Source of the DNA: Pseudomonadota bacterium
Lineage (GTDB): Bacteria; Pseudomonadota; Gammaproteobacteria; JAKAQQ01
Direction of reading: 5' to 3'
Length of the DNA: 64,000 bases
NCBI GenBank assembly: GCA_027338645.1
Contig: DAHWSH010000011.1
Coordinates: forward strand, 130,546-194,545
Part shown: positions 55,716 to 64,000 of the stretch, in pieces
Position numbering within the stretch: the stretch's first letter is position 1
Layout: every line of letters begins with the position of its first letter
Position numbers and translations under genes: made by a program
Notes under the pieces: model-generated
What the model was told of the DNA's origin: nothing
Database searches by the model: none
What the model saw: the letters and a program-made list of their open reading frames with translations, nothing else

Positions 55716-57125
55716 ATGCAATCCCACGAAGTTTTGGATTGGCTGGCCCAGAAACAGGTGCGTTATGTTGACCTCCGCTTCACCGACACTCGCGGGAAGG
55801 AACAGCATGTGACCTTGCCAATCACCGCTGTCAGCGAGGCGCTTTTCGTGGAGGGCAAGATGTTCGACGGTTCTTCGATCGTCGGCTGGCGTGGCATCCA
55901 GGACTCCGACATGATCCTCATGCCCGAACCGGATAGCCTTATTCTCGACCCTTTCCGCAGCGAGGTCACCGCGCTTCTGCGAGCCGATGTCTATGATCCG
56001 GCAAGCCGGAAACCCTATGTCCGCGATCCTCGCTCGCTTGCGAAACGTGCCGAAGATTACTTAAGGGCAACTGGAATTGCAGATTCCCTGATGGTGGGCC
56101 CGGAGAACGAATTCTTTATTTTTGATAGCGTACGCTGGAACCACTGCCTGAACGGTGCGTTTTACGAGATCGACTCCTGGGAAGGGGCCTGGAACTCAGG
56201 AACCCAGAAGGAAGGCGGTAACCCGGGTCACCGACCGGTGGCCAAGGGGGGCTATTTCCCCGTGCCCCCGGTAGACTCCCTGCAGGATCTGCGCTCGGAA
56301 ATCTGCACCACGCTCACGAAACTCGGGCTCCGGGTCGAGGTACACCACCACGAAGTGGCGACCGGGGGACAATGTGAGATTGGAGTGGGTTTCGACCATC
56401 TGGTCCGGAAGGCCGACGAGGTTCAACTCCTGAAGTACGTGGTGCAGAACGTCGCGGCTCAACACCAGAAAACCGCGACTTTTATGCCGAAGCCGCTGGT
56501 CGGAGACAATGGTAATGGCATGCATGTTCATACCTCTCTCGTCAAGGGGACGGAAAACCTATTCGCGGGCAAAGGTTATGGTGGGCTATCTGATCTGGCC
56601 CTCTTTTTCATCGGTGGCGTGATCCATCATGCGCGAGCCCTGAATGCACTAACCAATCCCTCGACTAACAGTTACCGCCGGCTTGTGCCCGGCTTCGAGG
56701 CTCCAGTCAAGCTGGCGTATTCAGCTCGAAACCGATCTGCGGCAATTCGTGTTCCATTCACCCAAAGTCCAAAAGGCCGCCGAATCGAGATCCGCTTTCC
56801 GGACAGTACGGCCAACCCTTACCTCGCTTTTGCGGCCTTGCTCATGGCAGGGATCGACGGCATCCAGAAAAAAATGCATCCGGGCGAACCCCGGGATGTG
56901 GACCTGTATGAGCTAACGCCTGAGGAGGATCGACGAATTCCCCAGGTAGCGTATTCACTTGAGTCTGCTCTGGAGGCTCTGTCGGCCGACCGGGGATTTC
57001 TGACCGCGGGGGGGGTTTTTACCGACGATCTTCTGGACGCGTATGTCCGGATCAAGGAGCAGGAACTCGCTGCTGTACGCATGTGCGTCCATCCAGTCGA
57101 GTTCGAACTCTACTATTCCCTCTGA
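55716..57125 (+). CDS. glnA: glutamine synthetase type I
   Basis: [38 protein letters not shown], adenylylation-site DLYEL. Confidence 0.98.
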   Translation: MQSHEVLDWLAQKQVRYVDLRFTDTRGKEQHVTLPITAVSEALFVEGKMFDGSSIVGWRGIQDSDMILMPEPDSLILDPFRSEVTALLRADVYDPASRKPYVRDPRSLAKRAEDYLRATGIADSLMVGPENEFFIFDSVRWNHCLNGAFYEIDSWEGAWNSGTQKEGGNPGHRPVAKGGYFPVPPVDSLQDLRSEICTTLTKLGLRVEVHHHEVATGGQCEIGVGFDHLVRKADEVQLLKYVVQNVAAQHQKTATFMPKPLVGDNGNGMHVHTSLVKGTENLFAGKGYGGLSDLALFFIGGVIHHARALNALTNPSTNSYRRLVPGFEAPVKLAYSARNRSAAIRVPFTQSPKGRRIEIRFPDSTANPYLAFAALLMAGIDGIQKKMHPGEPRDVDLYELTPEEDRRIPQVAYSLESALEALSADRGFLTAGGVFTDDLLDAYVRIKEQELAAVRMCVHPVEFELYYSL

Positions 57126-57208
57126 TCCAGGAACCCGGCTGCGGATCAATTGGCAGTCGGACAGTCGATCCAGTAGGATGAAACTCTCCACTGACGAGGA
57201 TCTCCTAG

Positions 57209-57829
57209 GTGGCGACAGGTGTTTCAGAACTCGTAGCCGGCTATCATCGCTTTCGCGACCACTACTTTGTCGCTGACCGCACCCTCTATGAGGGTCTTGC
57301 CCAGAGTGGGCAATCTCCCTTGGCCCTTGTCATCGGTTGTTGCGATTCCCGCGTCGATCCGGCAATTCTCACTGATTGCAGGCCAGGAGACCTGTTCGTC
57401 ATCCGTAATGTGGCTAACCTGGTCCCCCCTTGTGAGTCCGGTGGTCTCTACCATGGCACGAGTGCGGCTCTCGAATTCGGAATCTGCGATCTCGAAATTC
57501 CTGAACTCATCGTTCTTGGGCATGCCCAGTGTGGAGGAATCCGGTCTATGGTCGAGGGCGTGAAGCGCTCGGACTCTTTCATTTCGGACTGGATGCAGAT
57601 GGCAACCCCTGTGTGCACCCATGCCCGTGAAATTGCGAATGGCCGGCCTTTCATCCGGGTTTGTGAACAGGAAGCGATTCGGCTGTCGCTGGGCAACTTG
57701 CTGACCTTCCCTTGGATTCGGGATCGGGTCGAGCGAGGAAAGCTCACCTTGCACGGCTGGTATTTCGATCTTGAGGCTGGGGAACTACTACGCTACGAAC
57801 CCCAAACCGGAGTATTCGAAAGCCTTTAG
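57209..57829 (+). CDS. beta-class carbonic anhydrase
   Basis: GCCDSRV, GDLFVIRNVANLV, GHAQCGGI. Confidence 0.95.
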   Translation: MATGVSELVAGYHRFRDHYFVADRTLYEGLAQSGQSPLALVIGCCDSRVDPAILTDCRPGDLFVIRNVANLVPPCESGGLYHGTSAALEFGICDLEIPELIVLGHAQCGGIRSMVEGVKRSDSFISDWMQMATPVCTHAREIANGRPFIRVCEQEAIRLSLGNLLTFPWIRDRVERGKLTLHGWYFDLEAGELLRYEPQTGVFESL

Positions 57830-58614
57830 ATCCCGTCCCCGGGTGATGCTCCCCCGTTCGTAACCAACCGGGCCTTTGGAACTGATCCGGACGCGGATAT
57901 CCGTTCGCTTGGCGGCCGATCTGCTGGTCGGGGTAGCTGTTCCCAGAGCTGGAAGGCAAAGAGCACGCCGGTGGAAGTGACTGGCAGTCCTGCCTGACTT
58001 AGCGCCTCTGCTGTCCAGGTATTGCAGGTATGAAAGGCGTCATAAGAAAGTTTTGAGACGAAGAATTCGCTTTGGGGAGCAGGCCCTTCAGAGATGGGTT
58101 CAAGATGGCCCGCGGGGGTTTTTTTCAGGGTTCGTTCAAGATAACGCCTCAATCTTGCCACTCCCTTCTGGCTGAGAGTGACTGGACGAAGATGCGTGGA
58201 AGTGCCGAGGCACACGGGAGGCTTGCGCCGACAGGCCTGTACAAGAACAACGCTGGTGGAAGGGAATAGTGCAGAAAGCGCTGTCCAGATTCCCGGGTGC
58301 GCCGCCGTATAGAATTTACGGTTCCCCCAGCCAAATACGAGGAAACGTGATTGAGGGGGGAAAGAGAACTGGGAAAACAGGGTGTGTCCTGTCGTGGCTC
58401 GGGAAAGTACCAGCCCCGTGTGCCAGCCCACCCTGAGCACCCACACACGCAGGGGAGATGGCCCCAAGGCCGCTCTGGTTCTTCTGGGATGAGCCAGAAG
58501 AACGGGTGAGTTGACGGGCATCGCTACACACCCGCCGATTCCGAGTGGCAGGGTACAAACCATGATCACGCCAACCAGGGATCGGAATCCAGGCACATGA
58601 GTATTCACGGTCAT
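57826..58614 (-). CDS. DUF2459-like protein (possible lipoprotein; start uncertain)
   Basis: GWHTGLV, FGWGNRKFY, YDAFHTCNTWTAEAL; lipobox-like LGIGGC. Confidence 0.75.
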   Translation of the reverse strand: MTVNTHVPGFRSLVGVIMVCTLPLGIGGCVAMPVNSPVLLAHPRRTRAALGPSPLRVWVLRVGWHTGLVLSRATTGHTLFSQFSFPPQSRFLVFGWGNRKFYTAAHPGIWTALSALFPSTSVVLVQACRRKPPVCLGTSTHLRPVTLSQKGVARLRRYLERTLKKTPAGHLEPISEGPAPQSEFFVSKLSYDAFHTCNTWTAEALSQAGLPVTSTGVLFAFQLWEQLPRPADRPPSERISASGSVPKARLVTNGGASPGDGI

Positions 58615-58694
58615 CGAAGAATAGCACTCTTTGGGCTCGATCCCCGTACTCAAGGCCTCTTGTCTCACCTCGTGGACCGGTTTATGCTTGAACT

Positions 58695-59288
58695 ATGAAA
58701 AAGCTTAGCCTTGTTGGCGGTCTTTGTGTGGGTTTGGGCCTCATCGGTATGGCCTGTGCGCAACCTGTTTACACCTGGGTTGGGCGTAACGGCGTACGGC
58801 ACTACTCCGATGTCCCGCGACCAGGTGCGAAAAAGCTGGTTCTGGGTGGAGGTCTGTCTATCTTTTCTGTTAAGCCTGTCAGGCTAGGGGCACTTGGAAG
58901 AGGGCGTGTTGTACGCCAAGCCGCGCTCCATAATCGTTATCACTTGGCGATTCTAAGCCCAACCAACCAGCAATCACTGTTCAACATCGGGGGTGTACTC
59001 ACAGCGTCTGTGATGCTTTCCCCTCCGCTGGAGGGCGGTGACGCTCTGCTTTACCTGCTGGACGGCAAGCCTCAAGGGAGCGCAACCCAGGCGACGAGCC
59101 GGATCCTGCATCACGTTTGGCGGGGAACCCATGTACTCACTGTCGAGATCGTCTCCCCGCAAGAAGCGGTTCTCGCAAGCCGATCCGTTACCTTCTACGT
59201 GCATCAACACTCGATCCTTGCACCGCCGCCGCTGGGTGCCGTCCAGCAGATCAAACCCGCTGGCCCAATCCACGCGATCCCGCACTGA
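58695..59288 (+). CDS. DUF4124-like secreted protein
   Basis: Signal peptide then VYTWVGRNGVRHYSDVP; C-terminal RGTHVL; usual position before ntrB. Confidence 0.8.
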   Translation: MKKLSLVGGLCVGLGLIGMACAQPVYTWVGRNGVRHYSDVPRPGAKKLVLGGGLSIFSVKPVRLGALGRGRVVRQAALHNRYHLAILSPTNQQSLFNIGGVLTASVMLSPPLEGGDALLYLLDGKPQGSATQATSRILHHVWRGTHVLTVEIVSPQEAVLASRSVTFYVHQHSILAPPPLGAVQQIKPAGPIHAIPH

Positions 59289-59349
59289 TTTCTGGAAGAA
59301 CTCACCGGCTGGGGCCGAGCAAGAGCGTTCAAGCGGAACTTTTGTAGCC

Positions 59350-59366
59350 TGCACTATAATGGTGCA
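59350..59366. promoter_or_regulatory. NtrC box overlapping a -10 element of the ntrBC promoter
   Basis: TGCACTATAATGGTGCA, near-perfect NtrC site containing TATAAT. Confidence 0.85.
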
Positions 59367-60431
59367 GTGGATAAGGTAAAGTCCCTAAACCGATTGTCGG
59401 CAGATGCGACGAGTCTTCTGGATGGTCTTGCCACAGCGGTCATTCGGATCGATTCCGGCTTGGATCTCCTCTATGCCAATGCGGCGGCGACTGACCTGTT
59501 CGAGTTACCACAATCCGCCATGGGTCGGCCCCTGATTGATGCGGTGACCGCCTTTGCGCCCCTGGCCCCGTTTCTGTCCGGCCAGCTTGCCGTCGGTGAG
59601 ATTCGCACCTATCGTGAACTTGAGCTTGCGGTGGGCGGGCGGACGGTCACACTCGACTGTATTGTCTCTCCTTTTCCGGCAGCCGAACTCATTCTTGAAC
59701 TATATCCCCTCGATCGTCATCTGCTGATCAGCCGCGAGGATGCCCTGACTCAGCGTTATCAAGCGGGCCGAGCCCTGCTCCTCCAGCTCGCTCATGAGAT
59801 CCGCAATCCGTTGGGCGGGGTTCGGGGTGCGGCCCAACTGCTTGAGGCGGAGCTTGAGGATCCGTCGCTTCGCGACTATACCCGGATTATTCTGAGCGAG
59901 GTCGATCGCCTCGGGGGGTTGGTCGAAGCGCTGCTGGGCCCGCTTACGCCGCCCAGGCGTTTTCCGCTTAATATCCACGAGCCCACTGAGCATGTTCTGC
60001 GCATGATCGAGACGGAGCGGGTACCCGAACTGCGATTGGCCCGAGATTATGATCCCAGCTTGCCCGAACTGTTCCTGGACCGTGATCTTTTGATACAGGC
60101 CCTCCTCAACCTCATCCGTAATGCACGACAAGCCATGCAGGATACCGGAACCATCCGGATCCGGACCCGGATCGAGCGGCAGTACACGATCCAGGGAAAG
60201 CGTCACCCGTTGGCCATACGCCTTGATGTTGAGGACGAGGGGCCGGGAGTGCCGCCGGAACTCGGGGAACGGCTGTTCCTTCCTCTGGTGAGTGGCCGGC
60301 CGGGAGGCACAGGGCTCGGACTCGCGATTGCTCAGGATCTCGTCCAGCGGCAGGGGGGACTCATCGAGTGGAAGAGCCGGCCCGGAAGGACCGTTTTCTC
60401 GGTCCTTTTGCCTCTTGGAGAGAACCTATGA
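59367..60431 (+). CDS. glnL: nitrogen regulation sensor kinase NtrB
   Basis: PAS-like N-terminus, LAHEIRNPLGGVRGAAQLL, DYDPSLP, GTGLGL. Confidence 0.95.
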   Translation: MDKVKSLNRLSADATSLLDGLATAVIRIDSGLDLLYANAAATDLFELPQSAMGRPLIDAVTAFAPLAPFLSGQLAVGEIRTYRELELAVGGRTVTLDCIVSPFPAAELILELYPLDRHLLISREDALTQRYQAGRALLLQLAHEIRNPLGGVRGAAQLLEAELEDPSLRDYTRIILSEVDRLGGLVEALLGPLTPPRRFPLNIHEPTEHVLRMIETERVPELRLARDYDPSLPELFLDRDLLIQALLNLIRNARQAMQDTGTIRIRTRIERQYTIQGKRHPLAIRLDVEDEGPGVPPELGERLFLPLVSGRPGGTGLGLAIAQDLVQRQGGLIEWKSRPGRTVFSVLLPLGENL

Positions 60432-61795
60432 CCGTTCGCGGACGGATCTGGATTGTGGATGACGATGCCTCGACCCGCTGGGTCTTCGAAAAGGCACTCA
60501 CGAAGTCTGACTACAAAGTGAAGGGATTTTCCCATCTCGGCGAGTGCGAGGAAGCACTGGAGGATGAGGAGCCCTCAGCGCTGATTCTGGACATCCGCCT
60601 GCCGGATGGTGATGGGCTCGATTTTTTATCCGTCTGGTCCCGGCGATTCCCCATGCGGCCCGTCATCGTCGTCACCGCCCATGCAGATTTCCTGAACGCA
60701 ATCCAGGCCTATGAAAAGGGGGCTTTTGAATACCTGCCCAAACCTGTTGACCTGCGCGAGCTTATGGCGGTTGTGGAGCGTGCACTCTCTCACCCGGCTC
60801 CGGGTGAAGGAAGCCGGAAACGTGGCTCGTCCTCGCCACTCATCGGTGCGGCACCCGCAATGCAGAGGGTTTTCCGCCAGATCGGCCGACTGGCCAGAAG
60901 CGACGTTACGGTTCTCGTGAGCGGAGAATCCGGAACGGGTAAGGAACTCGTCGCCCGTGCCCTTCATGCCCATGGCCCGCGGACGAAAGGACCGTTCATT
61001 GCCATTAATGCAGCCGCCATTCCTGCTGAACTGCTCGAGACCGAACTATTTGGACACGAACGGGGGGCATTCACAGGCGCGATCAGCGGGCGTGTCGGTC
61101 GTTTCGAACAGGCCCAGGGAGGAACGCTTTTCCTCGACGAGATCGGCGATATGCCCTTCACGCTTCAGACTCGTCTCCTGCGGGTCATTGCTGAACATGA
61201 ATTCTTCCGGGTAGGTGGCGAGAAAACCGTGGCAACCGATGCTCGTCTGGTGGCGGCGACTCACCAAGATCTTGCAGCGCTTGTACGCTCGGGCCGCTTC
61301 CGCGAAGATCTCTACCACCGGCTCAATGTAGTTGAAATCCATCTTCCTCCGCTTCGCGAACGCCTCGCCGATCTGCCATTGCTTCTCGAACATTTTCTTC
61401 GTGAGGCGAGTGTCGAGTTTGGGCTCCCCCCTCCTCGTCTTGCCCCTGAAGCCGTTGACGAACTCCAGCACTGGCCTTGGCGGGGCAATATCCGGGAATT
61501 GGTTAACTTTTGCCGAAGAATTGTGCTTGAGCCCCCGGGACCGCTCGTGCGAGTTGAAGATCTTAAAAGTTTTCGACCTGCTTCGAGTCCAGATCGAACA
61601 CCGGAGTGGGGTGAGGTTTTAGTCCAGTGGTGCCATACGGCCTCTCCGGTTGATTATGCCCAGGCGCTCAAGGCGGCCGAACGGATTCTCATTGAGGTTG
61701 CCCTGGAACGAACGGACGGTCATCGTCAGGAGGCAGCTCGGCTCTTGGGAATGGGGCGCAATACGCTGACTCGCAAACTCGCCGGGCGGAAATAG
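60428..61795 (+). CDS. glnG: nitrogen regulation response regulator NtrC
   Basis: Receiver domain [39 protein letters not shown]. Confidence 0.95.
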   Translation: MTVRGRIWIVDDDASTRWVFEKALTKSDYKVKGFSHLGECEEALEDEEPSALILDIRLPDGDGLDFLSVWSRRFPMRPVIVVTAHADFLNAIQAYEKGAFEYLPKPVDLRELMAVVERALSHPAPGEGSRKRGSSSPLIGAAPAMQRVFRQIGRLARSDVTVLVSGESGTGKELVARALHAHGPRTKGPFIAINAAAIPAELLETELFGHERGAFTGAISGRVGRFEQAQGGTLFLDEIGDMPFTLQTRLLRVIAEHEFFRVGGEKTVATDARLVAATHQDLAALVRSGRFREDLYHRLNVVEIHLPPLRERLADLPLLLEHFLREASVEFGLPPPRLAPEAVDELQHWPWRGNIRELVNFCRRIVLEPPGPLVRVEDLKSFRPASSPDRTPEWGEVLVQWCHTASPVDYAQALKAAERILIEVALERTDGHRQEAARLLGMGRNTLTRKLAGRK

Positions 61796-61798
61796 CCC

Positions 61799-62563
61799 TT
61801 GATCACCTCGCATGCCATGGGCACGGGTCCCCGAGTTTCGGTCTGGGTTCATGGCTGGCTCCGCTCATCCCGAATCTATGAGCCACTCCTTCCGTTTATG
61901 AACCCGCAGGCTGAACGTTGGATTTTTGTTGATTTACCGGGTTATGGTGAGAATCGGCAGATCCCAGGCCACTTCACGGTCGACGGTGCAGTCACGGAAC
62001 TGGTTCGATTCGCGGATGAGATCCGCTTGGATAGGGCACGCTGGGTGGGGCACTCCATGGGAGGACTTGTGATCCAGCGCCTTGCCTGCAGGGTGCCGGA
62101 ACGAGTGGCCTCCCTTGTTGGGATCGCTCCTGTCCCCATGAGCGGGTTAGCGCTCAACGAGCGGGCACGGGAAGTCTATCGGGAGGCCTGTACATCAGAG
62201 GAGGCCCGCTTCCGGGTTTTCAGGCGGCTTGCCGGTCCAACGATATCTCCCGAAACCATCCGGACCTGGGTGGCACACAGTCGGACCGAGACCCAAGATG
62301 AAGCACTTTGGACTTATCTCGAATCATGGTCGTTCGAGCGGCAGGAACCTTTCGCTTCGGGTCTCAGTGCAATTCCATTTGTCCTGGTCGCGGGCGCGAC
62401 GGATCCCGCCATCACAACAGCACGGGTCACGGAATCGATTGCTCCACTCTACCGCCATTTTGAGGTCCACATCCTCGATGGAGTCGGTCACCTGCCGGTG
62501 GAGGAGGATGCCGCCCGGGTTGCACAGGCGCTTGTCAGGGAGTCGGTGCAACCGACGAGATAG
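61799..62563 (+). CDS. alpha/beta fold hydrolase
   Basis: VHGW, DLPGYG, nucleophile elbow GHSMGG, GVGH. Confidence 0.9.
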   Translation: MITSHAMGTGPRVSVWVHGWLRSSRIYEPLLPFMNPQAERWIFVDLPGYGENRQIPGHFTVDGAVTELVRFADEIRLDRARWVGHSMGGLVIQRLACRVPERVASLVGIAPVPMSGLALNERAREVYREACTSEEARFRVFRRLAGPTISPETIRTWVAHSRTETQDEALWTYLESWSFERQEPFASGLSAIPFVLVAGATDPAITTARVTESIAPLYRHFEVHILDGVGHLPVEEDAARVAQALVRESVQPTR

Positions 62564-62695
62564 TAAACGTTTCCATTGACTTTTGGCCTGTCGTTCAAGC
62601 CTACCGACCCAGACTCCTGACTGCAATTGTGGTTTGCATTCTGGGAACAAGAATCGGGCGGCCAGTGTTTCTGCGGGCTCACATTCCAACCGACT

Positions 62696-64000
62696 CTAGT
62701 AAATTTCAGTCCAGTAGATCTCGTCGGGGTTGGCCCGATAAATCCCGAAATTGAGGGTACCCGAGGGAGGCTGGTTATCCTGCCCCGTGCCGTTCCAGTC
62801 GTATTCGAGCCAGGTCGGGATTGTTCCGGTGGTAAGGATAAGGGGACCCGTTGCATTGGGGGCTTTGAACCAGAGGTTGAAATTGCCGCCCTGGGGCGGC
62901 TCGTTGAAGTTTTCACCCGTCTTGCCGCTGCCGCACGATAGTCCACTCTGGTTCCTGGTCTCCCAGACGCAGGTGTCGGACGGGGTCACGGGACCCCCAG
63001 GAGTCGGCTCCGAGAGAGCAAGTGTGATTCCCGTGGTGCAGTTATCGTCAGTGGCCGCAACCCATCCGGTCGAGGGCCCGAGGTAGTATTCCGTCGTCAT
63101 GGGATCGTTGAGATCCAACTCCTCGGAACCGTAGGCATTTGGAATAATCAACCGGCCTTGGCGGATGGTTGAAGCATCTCCCGTTGCAAAACCGATCGTG
63201 AAGGTAAATGGATTCTGGGGATAGGCGATCCCGTCCGTATCAATGACCGGAAAGCTGACTGTAATGTCCGACTGGAAAGGGCTGGCCACGGGCGCGGGTT
63301 TGGAGCCGTTGTCTGGTTGGGTGTAGGACAGGGGGCCCGAGAAGGTGGTGGTCACCGACCCTGGTGCCGTGTTTGTGGTGGTGACCGGCGAATAGCCCGC
63401 AACCGTACTGTCCACCGTGACACCCAAGGTGGAAGGCGCGTTGGGATCGGAGTATCTGGGGGTGATCGCGGGAAGCTTCCACCAGTCCGCGCCGGTTCCG
63501 TAGTTGGAATAATTCTGGGTTGTCGCACCTTGCGCATTGACCGCGGTGATGGTCACCACGGGAGGGGTCGCATAGTTTAGGGGCTGGCCCAGGTAGCTAA
63601 AGTTGGCCCCACAGCTCGAATCGAAGGTCGGCTGATTCACGCTGACGTCGAAGTGGTCTGGGGTGAAACGGCCGACGTAACTGCTATTGGGTAGGGATCC
63701 CGTGTAGTAGCTAAAGCCGGTTGCATCCACCCCGGGGGTGTTGAGATAGTTGGTTGCTGTTGCCTCCAGGGTGACGCTACCCACCTCGCTGTACTCTAAG
63801 TCGTTGATGGTGCCGCTTCCTCCCGTGACGTTCAGGGAACCATTGCTGATGCTTCCCAAAACCCCCTGGGTGGGTAAAAAGGGCGAGACAGCCGAGATCG
63901 AGACGGGCCACGAGAAATGGCCAAGAATCAGGCTGGATGCGGTGTCTATAGCAATCCCTGATCCCGTGGGTGCAGAACAATTGGGCGCATTGCAGGTATC
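62696..64000 (-). CDS. DUF6701/MshQ-like large secreted protein, 3' part (frame open to the window end)
   Basis: VGRFTPDHFDV, FSYLGQP, GRLIIPNAYGSEE, WLEYDW, FGIYR; Thr/Gly-rich; no stop in frame from 64000 to 63859. Confidence 0.8.
   Translation of the reverse strand, partial: DTCNAPNCSAPTGSGIAIDTASSLILGHFSWPVSISAVSPFLPTQGVLGSISNGSLNVTGGSGTINDLEYSEVGSVTLEATATNYLNTPGVDATGFSYYTGSLPNSSYVGRFTPDHFDVSVNQPTFDSSCGANFSYLGQPLNYATPPVVTITAVNAQGATTQNYSNYGTGADWWKLPAITPRYSDPNAPSTLGVTVDSTVAGYSPVTTTNTAPGSVTTTFSGPLSYTQPDNGSKPAPVASPFQSDITVSFPVIDTDGIAYPQNPFTFTIGFATGDASTIRQGRLIIPNAYGSEELDLNDPMTTEYYLGPSTGWVAATDDNCTTGITLALSEPTPGGPVTPSDTCVWETRNQSGLSCGSGKTGENFNEPPQGGNFNLWFKAPNATGPLILTTGTIPTWLEYDWNGTGQDNQPPSGTLNFGIYRANPDEIYWTEIY

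Overview
A 64 kb chromosomal segment from the replication-origin region of a moderately GC-rich (roughly 55-60% by eye) bacterium. Gene order and protein motifs point to a divergent Gammaproteobacterium; this is inference. Housekeeping blocks: tsaD / rpsU-yqeY-dnaG-rpoD-alkB; glmS-glmU-atp operon-parBA-rsmG; mnmG, mnmE-yidC-yidD-rnpA-rpmH; dnaA-oriC-dnaN-recF-gyrB, with parS sites inside recF; plsC-gmhB-glySQ; glnA-ntrBC with a sigma54 promoter and NtrC boxes; and the 3' part of an MshQ/DUF6701-like gene. There are two accessory-looking zones. (1) 5.7-13.4 kb, directly downstream of glmS: a kdp operon with two small membrane peptides and a beta-barrel gene but no kdpDE, then a lower-GC cassette. 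The cassette holds a strongly structured non-coding stretch, an AbiEii/MenT-like nucleotidyltransferase and an overlapping unknown ORF, and is closed by a Tn7-like end at the attTn7 position. It is the best candidate for an undescribed system. (2) A 12 kb block between mnmG and rsmG encoding a peroxidase, an MBL hydrolase, acuI-prpBCD, an ORFan, a DUF3617-like protein, an Omp85 protein and ppsA. No rRNA, tRNA or CRISPR array was seen. All family calls come from motif recognition by eye; no database searches were run.
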